A stretch of 64,000 nucleotides of DNA from NCBI GenBank assembly GCA_012295275.1, contig CM022671.1, positions 19,158,001 through 19,222,000 of the forward strand, written 5' to 3'. Origin of the DNA: Chrysomallon squamiferum (taxonomy: Eukaryota > Animalia > Mollusca). Positions 43,001-56,038 of the stretch are shown in pieces. The first letter of the stretch is position 1. Each line of letters opens with the position of its first letter. The position numbers and the translations under genes were made by a program. The notes beneath the pieces are model-generated. The model was not told the origin of the DNA, did not search any database, and saw only the letters and a list, made by a program, of their open reading frames with translations.

Positions 43001-46000
43001 TCAACATGAGGTCTGTTAATTAAATTGTTGAAACAATGTTATTTTATTACAGAAGGTGCTGAAAAGACAGTTCCAGTGAACAAAGAAACATTTATCAGCA
43101 TTGATGCCAGCACTGCTGGTATTGGTAAAGTAACATGTCGCATTCGCAGCCCCAATGGGACTGACATTGACATTGACATCATTGACCAAGGTGATGGGAC
43201 CTTCACCATCTCCTTCATCCCCCAGTTCCCTGGCGAGTACACAATTGAAATCAAGTTTGGAGGAAATGCAATCCCAGATGGGCAGTACACCATTCAGGTT
43301 AGTCACTTCTTCAGGCTGTTTTTGTATTCTTAATGGGTTTTTTCACTGTCTGATTTGTAGTTAGTGAATTAACCTGGAGTTTCAATAACACAGTAGTTGT
43401 AGTTAGAGTGAGTCACTAACATGTTTGACCAACAATCTTAAAATAAGTATAATAATGAAACTGGTGAAAAACTAATGTGGGCTTATTGGGTGTAGCATTT
43501 TGTGGATTTTACATTTTATTTTGGCTAATATGTGTTACATTAAAAAAAATATATATATAAGATTTTAACATCATATTGTCTACTAAATCCGAAAATCTAA
43601 TTATAAACGTTTTACTATTGATTAGATTGATTGTTATAGATACATTTTATTTATTTGTGAATCCACAAGTCATAATACAAAATAATAGTTGCTTACATAC
43701 TATTAAATGCAAGTAATAAATTCAAAATTAGACTGAGTTGCCTCTGTAAAATTGTCATTACCTCCCTTCCTTTTTAGACACTGCTCATTATTTATCTAGA
43801 GGTATTTTCATTACCACATGATAATATGAAAAAACATAATTTTCCTTGTTTTTATTTTTCTAAACTTCATTGCTTTTGTTTGTTTTTGTTTTTTTACATA
43901 GATAACAGACAAAATTATTTGGAGAAAAAAAAAAAAAAAAAAAAACACAAAAAAAACCAAGGCCAACCAAACAAACAAATAATACAGAAATATTTATTTT
44001 TTCATTTTGTACAGATACTTCAATGTATCTAAATTAATCTAAAACAATTGTGCCCTACTTTGAATCATTCAATCATCTGAAATGACATTTATCTTTATAT
44101 TTGAAATCATCATCCTTAAATCATAATTTTAAGAGAATTATATTATTTTTTAAAGGTAAAATGAATAACATTTTTTTGCTATTATTATTGTGATCAACTG
44201 AGGTAATGACCAAAGATAATAAAAATTAGCAAGTGAGAACTCACATACACACATGAAAATTACACATACATGAACAACCACACATACATGAACAACCACA
44301 CATACATACATACACACATAAATGCATTTGCATACACACTAAATCCACATTCTAAGGAATTGTAATTTACTACATGTGTTATTTGTACACATCAACAAAT
44401 TTAAGGAAATGGAAGTATAATGATGCTAACAGCAGGAATTAACATTAAATGAATACAAAATGACTCTTATTTGAAGAAAAGGACTTACTAACCTGTGATT
44501 ATCTTTATTATTTACCCTGCTCCTGAACAGAAACAACATCATTAAGATTTATTTTGGGCGAAGAAGTCATGTGTACTTTTATAAACATTGTTTATTCAGT
44601 CATGTTGTTTTGTCTGTCCCTGCCAATAACTGGTGGTAATAATTTCCATTAATAAAAAAAACCATTAATAAAATTCCCATCATCTTGTATTTTATAACTG
44701 TACCAGTGGTGGAAGACAACGTTTTACCCATCACAGTGACAGTAAACAAAAATAAGTCAGATTAAATTTTCTACAACAAAACTGTTAGTTTTAAGACTAA
44801 AGTGATAAAGAATAAACGTGTTCACGTGCACGTGTGTATATTTATCAGGAGTCATGTTGACATTACAAGTATCAAGTTAAAAGTTGCAGGATACATGAAC
44901 TAAAAAGCTCTTTTGTCTAGACTGATAGGAAGAAGTGTATTTGTAAATATTATGTAAATGGTATTTCACACAGGAAGAAGCATAAATTATGATACTTCAT
45001 GATAACGATTAAATAAAATGAAAACTGTTCAAATTATCTAAACCTGTTACTGTGTATCTTATCTTCTGAAAAGAAAATTGTAAAGAAAGTTATTGTAGTT
45101 AAGTAAGCTGGTATTTTTAAAATGCATCTTGTAATTGTATATTGTGGCATGTGTATAAACATTCACTGGCTTGCTCATTTCCATGCACGTACACTACAAA
45201 AATATATCCATGAACATGTAACCAAATACCTTGCAAAAACATTGAAGAAAATAATAAACAAACACAATTTATTAATACAAAATATTTGTTTTTTCTTTTA
45301 GTTACTTGTTAATTTATGTATTTAATATACAATTTAATTTAATTATTAAAAAAAAAAAAAAAAAAAAAAGTCTGTAACAGTTCCAGACATTGCCCTCCAA
45401 ATTTTGTTTTTTTTAAATTATTTTGGCACCAGCTCAACTTGAGTTTTCTGAGCAGTCCTGTCAGTTTGACTCTAGTGCCACTTAACTGGCTTCTAAAGAA
45501 GTGAATTGGAATTTTAAAAAAATAAATAGAAATAATTCCAAAATGAAGCTAATTATCATTCATTTTTCTACCTGCCACTGGCTATACCTTTTGCAGTGGT
45601 GGAAAATGGAGCTAATTTAATTTATAACGTGCAGAAAAAAAAGGATAAAAGACTCCACAAAAAATCAAGGTCATTTCTTTATCATTTCAATACAATACAA
45701 TTCATGTAATCAGATTAGTGGAAGAGTAATATTTAGGTAATTGGCACACCACATAAGATGTTCTAGTGGGTTAAAAATGTTTTAGTAATAATTTCACTGC
45801 AGACATGGGGTTGCTTGTATTGTAAAACAGGTTGTGTGTTCATTGTTAAATAGTTTTAAGATGTTTGTGTGTGTTTGTTTCTCATGTGATACTAAAAATC
45901 TGCTAAACCCTCAGATAATATTAACAGTAATTCATAATTTTTTTTTTAACTTGTTAAATTATAATTTCAGGCAATTAAATTTAAAGGAGTCGGTTATCAA

Positions 46001-49000
46001 AAATGTAAAAGCTGGTTTTTACGTTTGATTTATTTGATGACATTAATCACAGAAATAGTTTAGAAGATATATAATTAAATTAAAACGTTTTAAAGCAATC
46101 GTATTTTTTCTTGTCTCTTTGGAGTTGCACTAAGGATAATAAATTTTAAAGATAGCTTTTTCAACAAGAAGTAATGTGATACAGTTTTGTATCATCTGAA
46201 ACCATTCATATCAGCTCTTGTCCTGGTTACTATCAGCAGTATCTCATATGAAGTCATTCCTGTGCTTTGGAAGGCAGTAAATGTTTTTCACAAGATGCTT
46301 TATGGTTTGTGCCTACTTAGAGAATTAAATTAACACGTTCACAGCAGCTATTTGTCAATATTTTCACCTCCACTGTGTGAAGTCCATTAATAAATTAATA
46401 ATTACTTAGTTAAAACAAGAGAAACTTGATCAGTGTGTCCAGAATGCATCTTTGTCCCATGTGAAAGTATTTAGGAAAAGTTTCATTTCAACCATGTCTA
46501 ATTACCAAAGCTACTTGGCAGAGTCTCTTTGCCTATTACTTTGAGGAATGCATATTTTCAATTGCCGTGTTCTCATTGGTTCAGAGTTTGGTCCAGTCAG
46601 CTTGTGAAATCATCTTAGCAATATATGCATCTGTGTAGTGAAGTGCATGTGTCACAACATGTTTTAAATAAATAATATTTGAGAGAGTTGAAGTAACAAG
46701 GAATTTTGTCATGTTGGGTGTATCTGTGTTTTGAACTTGTGTAAATTTATAGAAATTAACTTTGATGTCTGCAGCTAAATTATCTCTTTATTTTTTTCTT
46801 TAACATTTCGTAGCAAGGGTTTTGCACTTTCATAATTGTTTTGTGCAAAAAGAATGCACATGTAAAATTGAAGATCACTTGTCAGGATGCTAGTTTCCTC
46901 TCTGTTATGTCATCCAATCAACTTTGAGGAATTTTCCTTGGTTTCTGTCTTTGTGTAAACTTGTATAGGTTGTCTTTTGTTTGTTACAAAAGTGGAGCTG
47001 TAGAATATTTACAGATTTTCTTAAAACTTGACATCTAGGAAAAACAGTTTCTTCTAACAGAAGTAAAGGTGTGCAATATATAGGTAAGTTACATGTATAC
47101 TCAATGAAAATTAAATTTAATTTTTTTTTTCTATTTATTATATCAATATTTTGTATGTTTGCTTTTCATTTAATAATAAAATCAAGAAATGATAATAAAT
47201 ATATGCACATACTTTAAATTGTAATCAAAATGTACTTGATATAATGGGTTTCAATAATCCATTGATTATATTAATTTGTTTCAAAAACTTACTTGAAGTA
47301 AAATTTAATTTTTTTTTTTTTTTTTTTTTTTCATATTGTTAGTGTTAGTAAGGGCAACACTGATTACTTAGATATTGAAATGTTTAAAAATTTAACTTGA
47401 ACCATTTTTGGACAATTAAAAAATGCTACAGATGTAATTCATGTTATTCATTCAGATATGGTTTATTTTTTATGCTATCATTGAAAGAGTGATTTTTAAA
47501 AGACACAAATTCAAGAAAATAAGTATATTTCCTAAAAACATGCAGATTTTCACTGTTTGAGATTCTATTTTCAAGACATTTATTTTTTCACAAATATGTT
47601 TTGAAATCTTATTTTCAATAGTGAAAAATGAAATATGAATAGACAATTATTAACTGTCAAAATGAGTTGCATGTTTTTTGCCCATTTTACTAAGGCTTCA
47701 GCTGTTGAGATCAGTCATTTTACACAATTTCAAGCTATGTTCTCATTAAATATTTTGAAACTGAGCAATTTTATTCATTTTAATTTTCTTGTCTTCTAAA
47801 TAAAATTGTTAAGTTTTTAGTAGAAAAGAAAATAGCTACAAAACAAACAACAAAATATCAGAATACACCAAAGAATGTGGCAGACTGGATTTGTGCAGCT
47901 TGTGCATACCTTTTTTGTCAAGCAGTTCATGTAATTAGATTCACAGATCTGTGTACAAATGTCAGTGACTTTCTTATTTTTCCTTTTTCTTTTCTTTTTT
48001 TCATCCTATAATACTACTTCTGTTTATCATGCTCAAAATCCACAGAAGCAATTACACAATTTCTATTTCTCTGACATTAAGTTTTCAGACTGTTGAGGAA
48101 TTCAGACAGCTGAGTACAGGATAATCACTAAATATACTGTTAAGATTTTTTTTTTGTCCTTGTCTGGAAATGTTTTTTAAAAATAATGTAGAAGGTGTGC
48201 ATGTGTATGTATATATAACAAGAAATTAAAAAACATATCTCTTGAGTTAAATGAAAAGAAAACTGATTTACCATTGATTCTTGGCAGGTTAGCATTAGTA
48301 TTTCAAGACCCTCATAGGTTCAGTTCAAGTGGTTTAGGTTTATGTCAACTTCAATTAATTAAGAGACACAGTTTTGTGGAATCTGCCAGCCAAATGGCAA
48401 TGAGGGCTGAGCTCTTTTTATTTGACATGGAGCTAGGCTTGATTAATTTGCAAGATTCAGAAGCAAAACAGGTGAAAAAGAAATGTTTATGGGGATAGGC
48501 AGATATGATTTAATTGCTTCTGGTTGGTTGCCAGATCTTTATATACTAAACCAAGTCCTAACCTGAGCAGATAAAAATCTCTGTACAAAGTGCAAGGTTT
48601 TCTGCTTCTGTGAAATTGTCAAGAATTTATTACAGCAGAAACATTTTGCTGAAGGTTTTCTTTTAAATGATGCAAGTTTATATTTCACTTTTGTTCTAAA
48701 TTATTCTTCTGAAGAATGTTTTCAACATAGTTTTTCTTAATATTTACTAGACAGACCAAAAAACAAAAAGATCCAAAACATTCATCTTTATGACCATGGC
48801 CTTGATAGTCATCTTTCTTTCCATTATATTCTTTGTACTTTCCTCTATTTCACCATAGCCAAGGTAATTTTAAAGATAAAAAAAAAATAAGTAAAAATGT
48901 GCTGAAAAGCAATTACATCAATACAGATTGACTTATTATGTATCCACTCTTGTTCTTAGAGGGATGATGGCTCTCTGTTTTATTCTTCACATTCTTAGAG

Positions 49001-50296
49001 CAGACATTCTTGACTCTACAGTTATCATTTCTTGCTAACTTGTGTTAGTGTATTTCTACAGGAATGTACTTAGTTTTGTTAAAGCATTATTCATTGTATA
49101 CCAAGATCACAATCTCTCTGCATGTCCAGTTTTGTTTACTTGATATATGAGGTAGTCAGATAAGAAGCTACTGAACACCACAAATGACAGATTCTCTAAT
49201 TACAAGGGGAAAAGTAGATTGAAAATACATGTACTGATACAGGTTTAGATATAGATTTTCTTAAATCATTTCAAATTACCTTCTTGAAAATGCCTATAAA
49301 CTTTGGACTAGAAACAGTCAATTTGTCAGCCTTTTTAGTTTGGGTTCAATATTTTCTTGCTTATGATAGTAGTTTGTATAACAAGAGTGTAATAAATGTG
49401 GTATTTTGATATTAGCATAGCCCAAATAGTGCATATCTGTCTGCAGGTTAGTTTTGTGTAGAATTCAGTTTTAATTATCACTCAACTCTCCTAATACATG
49501 TATAAAAAAATATGTCTAAATAATGTTCTCATACTTTTTTAACATAACTTGCAGAGTCTGTTTAATTAGAATTTATTAGCAAAAAATTATTACCAGATAA
49601 CAGAAGAAAAAAAAATTAAAAGAAGAGAAATCCTAATGGCCATCTGTTTAAGGAAAGCAATCCCTTGTGTGTATGTTTTTTTTTCTGCATAAGATGACTT
49701 TCATAAAGCAAACATTTATACACAGAAAGAGGATGTAACCTGGTGAGAAGAAATGCAGTATAAATACTGAGATTTGTTTTATTTGGGACATATTGGTATT
49801 TGGCAAATGTTGAAAACCCTCACTGATAGTCATATGAAGGAAAACGATGACATAAATCTCTTTGCTTGACAGGTTACTTGCAGAGTTCACTTAAAATATG
49901 TGGAGCTTTGCCAGTTCCGGTAGATTCTTCTTCACATCTTTCTGAATATGATAGATTCATAAAAATTGCTCTAGGAAACCATTTTCATTTCTTTCATTTC
50001 CATTCTCTTGTTACAGTAGCCCCTGAGCTTGGATTATGGTCCAGTGCTATAGACATAACTACAGGAATAATGAATTACATGCTATAGCATATTTGTTTTT
50101 GTTATCTCCTTTCTCCATTTGACTTTTCTGTTAGTTTCAAAATTCTTTAGTTAAATAGTATTTGAAGGCTAAGGGCTTCAGCAAAATAATATTTTTTTAT
50201 TATGTACCATGTGAATGATATTTTTGACGTATTTTTGTGCCATTTTCTGTTCTTAGTTATTATGATGTTGTTCTGATTTGGGTTTTGGGTTTTTAG

Positions 50297-50329
<33 letters not shown>

Positions 50330-53300
50330 TTTATATGGATCATGAATTACAACATAATTCATTTTTAAAGATTGCCCATTCAGCTGTCAGTACATCATGG
50401 GTTTACTTTATAACAGAAAATTGTAATCATTTAAAAAAAGATAGCTTATTTCAGGATTTTTTTCTTTTTGTCAGATACTAACTTAATTTTGATGTACTAA
50501 ACATGCCATTTATATTATGATTATACTGAAACAGTTACAAAATATAATGTTATTTAGCCTACTTGATAATACCTATACTACAAAATTTTGTTACTTAATT
50601 ATATTTAATTTGTACAATACATAATAATATATGAGACATTAATCAATTAGTTAGGCTACAATATTTCAATAACATCTGTTGTAAATTTTTCAACATTAGT
50701 GCTCTACTTTTAATGTTAGGCTAATTTCAAAATCATTTAAAAGTAAATCACAATGTTTACAAGTTGTTTCAACTGAACTATTTTCTATTTTCATTTTATA
50801 AGCAATTTGAATGTGAGGAAAACAATACAGTACAAATGATCTAATTCACAGAACATAATCATGTTGGTTTTTTTTTGTGTGTCCATCACACATCCTAAAA
50901 TATCATTCCAGATAAGATATCCATACAGCAAGATGGAGGTTTGTTGTACAACATCTACTACAGTGGTTAAAGTGGTCTTATAACTCAGTCATGGCAAACC
51001 CATTTAACACCTGAATTTTCTTCATCCATATGAAATGTTAATTTTCTTCTCAGCAGCAACATTAAAAAAAACTTCCTGTCAGAGTGATTCAGTACATTAA
51101 CATAACGAAGTCATTAGATACACATAATTGTGTTGTCTTCTCAGTAGTACATGTGTGAAAATCATCTCTCTCTTTGTTGGGGAAAGGTATTTTCGATATT
51201 GATCACAATAAGTTTTGCATTTACCTGATAAAATATTTTCATAAGCTGTACATGTTACAGGTAAACAACATGTGTATTAGTCCAGTTTTGCTTTTATTTT
51301 AACAAATTTCTGTGTTCTAATTACTAATAATTAAATTAAATAATGGTTTGTAGGAATTGGTTCTTTTATGTTACAAAATTTTAAAAATGTTTCCCTCCAT
51401 GCAATTGTTAAGGTATCTATGGTATTTTTCACTATTGGAACTTAAGCTGAAATATCAAAGCACAGGAGGTAATAACTGATTGCACTCAACAGCAGTGATT
51501 ATTAGTAGCCATCTTGTTGAAGTATCCAACACACTTTTATCCATTCTCACACTTGGTCTGTTATTTTCTTGATAATAACAGAGCAAATTTTGTCCCAATT
51601 CTTTACACTTGGCGTTAACTTCAAAATGATATTTTAAACAGATGGGTCTATATCAAGATGGGCATAGATTATATATAACTGTTAAAAATAACAAAAAGGG
51701 AAATAAAAATTACATTTGGAACACAATAAAATTTGGATCACAACACTTTTGAGTGTTGATTATCAAGCTCTGCCATAAATTTGTTAGTGGAGTTGATAGC
51801 ATGCACATATACCTTTGAAAGCTACTGTTTGGCTATTAATTTAAAGCTTTCTCAGCATCTGTGAATTATGACTTTCAGAGGCAGTGGGCTCCCTGCTGGC
51901 AGTAAACTGGAACTGATCACTACCAGATTGAACTGTAATCCTCTAGCATGAAGCACTAAAGCTTTAGCTGGCAATTATATTTCTCCTGAGATGTAGCTTC
52001 ATAAGTCTTTGACCCGATGACCACAATTAATATGTCAGACATCTTTGAAAAAATATTAAAAATAAAGAAAAATGTAAAACAAATTCTGTTAGAGTTGGGT
52101 TATAGGAAAACGATATTTCAGTCTTTGAAATAATTTAGTGTTACTTGAAACACTGAAGTGTTTATTATATCATTTGATTCCAGTACTAGACAACAGGTGT
52201 TATATTCATCATCATAAATCCTGTTCAGATTCCTACCAGACATTAATTTGTAACTTCTTGTAACACCGAGATTGTTTTTATTTTGTTCTGTAAATAAATG
52301 AGAGATAGCTGGAAATAGCTGAGATGCAGTTGACTTCAAAACTAAATATTTTGATTCAATTACTATAATGACTATACTCCAGTCCTTGGTATGTTGTCCA
52401 TTCTCAAGCATGAACCTGAATTGTAGTTGTCAAGCTATTCCTTATATCGGTGGATTTATCTATTAAAGAAATAATAAAAATTTTTATATTTAAAAAGCAA
52501 TAACCAAGCAGAATAACAAATTTTATCTGGTTTGTATTTCTAGTGTTAAAATTCTTGAATGAATTTACAACATTTTATAATTATGTATATTATTTATTTT
52601 ACAGTTCAGAGAAAAAATGAAAAATAAGAGCAGATAATAATTTGTAGCCTTGTATGTCTATTAAAGTATAACATTAAAAATACTGAAAAAGTTCTGTAAC
52701 TCTTAAGCTTATCAGTGCAAATATAAGTGTTGAGACCAAAAAATCAGGAATTTATCATAGAGACAAACTGAAGAGCATTTGAGGAATACATATTTCCTCT
52801 GAATTGGCTGAGAATTCCAGCCACGCAATCTTCTGACTTTACCAGACTATTCTGCTCCACTATTATGTCATGTTCAATTACCAGTATATATTTCCTTGAT
52901 GTTCTGGTAATGGGTAGTTGCTATAAACTCATCTTCATTTTACCACATGTTGTCTTAATCCTGAAAGTCATTACTTTTTAAAATATTTTACACAGGTTAG
53001 TCATGATGATGTTGATTGAAAAACCCTTAATATAGCATCTTTCTATTATAGAGAACATTTTAGTTTTTTTTCAGTTTTTATTCCATGCTTTTTTAAAATG
53101 AATTTTATTTTTGTGTTTTTAAAGTGCTTCAGAGAGTAAAAATAATGCTACATTTCAACAGCAGAACTATTTTTAACTCATAATTTTGTTAGTTAATGAA
53201 AACAAAATGGACAAAACATATTCTTAACAAATTAGATTAAAAATTATTTTGGTTCCTTCAGTTACTGGTGCGCTGCCATACACTTATTTAATATTGCCTG

Positions 53301-54434
53301 TTAAGTGGTTTCAACATTCAAAACTCCACATTATAACTTACAGAATGTTGCATTAAACTGCTTCCACTATATGACTCAAATTGTTAACCTTTGTTTTAAG
53401 CTGTGGAAAGAAAGACTAAAAAGAAATAATTGCTTTAGAAAAACAATTTTGTGAATTAACAATTTAAAAAAAAAAAATTTGGTTCATAATTTTGTTTTTT
53501 ATAACTTTCATATGCATTTAAATGTTGAGGTGAATTACATCAGTTATTTGTTCATTATGGTCCACTTGCAATGGAATGACAGCAAATCATCATGCATTGA
53601 AGGTATGGCAATTGCTTGTTGCTGTTAGAAGCATACTGCTAATTGCAGCAAAACCAGAGGAAGCATTGTCTATTAACCAGACGTCTTCATGCATAAGATT
53701 GGTCATGCTTGGCTGTTTCGCTGGAGCCATAATGTGTCATGTTGGATTTGGCGAGTGATGAGCTTTCATCAGCTTCTGTGGCTTTAAGAACAGTTACAAG
53801 CAAAAGTGATGAATGCTTACATTCCATTAACACTGTAACAGATGTTTCGTACATTCACCAATGGCTGGCTTCTTAATTAATACAAGTAGTTGTTTGGAAA
53901 ATATCTTGCACACCATTTGATTAATATTTTCTTCTAAAATACTGAATGATCAAAATTAATTTTATAGTTGGTTTCTTTCATTCATAGAATATTTTAGAGC
54001 AGTTTATGAACTGGATGTTATGACTAAGAATATATTGTAGATTAAACTTCATATCTGAAGGTTTGTTAGTTGTTTTCTTTGTTTGCCCTAATGCCAAAAT
54101 AATTTTTTACTTCAAGGTCCTGCCTTGTTACTTGATGAATAATTCACCCCTGGAGGAAATGTATTATTTTAAGTCCTATGTCTGTAGATAAACAAAAACA
54201 CACACTCCAAAACAACAGTATTTTAACATTTTGCCCTAGTAAGTCCAGACAAATTAATGAATAGGAACTGCATTTTTATTCAATAAGATTTCTAACATGT
54301 CAATAGTTACCATGTTTTTCCTAGTGTTTAATGCTACATATGAAACTATGCATTTACTTGTGAATTTAAGCAGACGATGGTTTCTTTAATATTATAGGAA
54401 CCAATTACTTAAACATAAAACTTTATTTCTATAA

Positions 54435-54467
<33 letters not shown>

Positions 54468-55998
54468 AATAAATTAATCTCCATCCTTTACAATCAAAAG
54501 AAATGAAAATGACAAATTGCAGATTTTTCTAACAATTATTTTTCTGCAAAGAGAAATTTTCATTACTATAGTCACTATAGTTTAAAATCAATAATATACT
54601 GTTAATTCCTGTACAGTGTTATACTGATTGTTTTGACACAACACTCTGCGATCAATTACCCTCACTTGTCAAGGGTTAATTACATCATGACTGACATAAA
54701 CTACATTGAAACTTCATCATGATGATGAACATTGGTGTCTGTCTGTTAAGGTAACAAAAAATGAAACTGCTTTACCTAACTTTTTCTATTACTTCTGTTT
54801 ACACTTATTACTTCATTTTATTTTACCAGGTATAAGTAAACATATATTTGTGTATTATCTATAGTGGAAGTAATCTTTGACTTTTATTTTTAAAATTACA
54901 TTTTATTCTTTAAAAACCAAGAATGTGGCAATTCAGTCTAATAAAATATAAACAGATTTACAACATTTTTATGCTTTACCATCAAAACTTTAATATAAAA
55001 TTACTAATGATCTTGTCTGGATTTGTATGTCAGAAACACTGGTGGACACAATCAATCATTGTCAGTTTTAATAAAAACTGAATATCTTATAATAAATATA
55101 ATTATTTTGCTAATTTATTATTTTTCCCCTATGATTCTAGATTAGTGGGTCAGTTTTATTAAGTTAGCAGCATTTTATTTTAGTATGCTTTGTGGAAAAT
55201 AATAAATGAAAATATATTTTTTATTTTGCTGGCTTTTCTAATGAATTGAGTGTTTTTATAGTTGATAGTTAAGTGTTATTTTTTGGTAGTTAATAGTAAG
55301 ATTGTTTAAAATTAATTGCATGTTTTTAATATCTTAATAAATCTTGAATAACAACTTCACCTTATTAAAAATGTTCTGAAAAAATAATGTATACTGAACA
55401 AAAAACTTAGGGATCATGAATAAAAATAAAAATGCATTGTTACCTAATGGATATGTATCAATGACATGCAAGAGAACATTTTTATCTGATATTAGCAAAT
55501 GCAAAAACATTCTGTTAAAAGAATGAAAAACAAAATTCATGATTCCTACGTTTTTAAATTATTATTTGATTTAGCATATCTTGTCAGAACTTCCGCATGA
55601 AAAGTACTAAATTAAAAATCTTAATTAAAAAATATTAAACAGTTATGAGCATGTTGCATGTTGTGCATTGATTTAATTTTGTTTGTTTGTTTGTTTGTGT
55701 CTACTAGGCAGTGTCACCTGAAGAATATGAACAGTGGTTACAGGAGGTGAGTTGACAAACAGCCAACAGAATTCCATCCATTTTGTTTACATTTAATTTA
55801 CAGCGGTACATGTAAAATAGAAATACAATACTGAAACATGCATACAGCAACCGGCATTCCATCCATGACATTTTATTTACATTTTATCCATTACATATCA
55901 TTACATCCATTTTGTCTTCATTTTATCCTCATTTTATGCAAATCATATTACTTAAAAAGATAGGAATGAACATGCACACACACACACACACTCACTCA

Positions 55999-56038
<40 letters not shown>

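Noticed and set aside
48820-48870. Pyrimidine tract, then tag|CCAAG|gtaatt as a 5-nt microexon
   Set aside because: Frameshifting, with no compensating partner exon found
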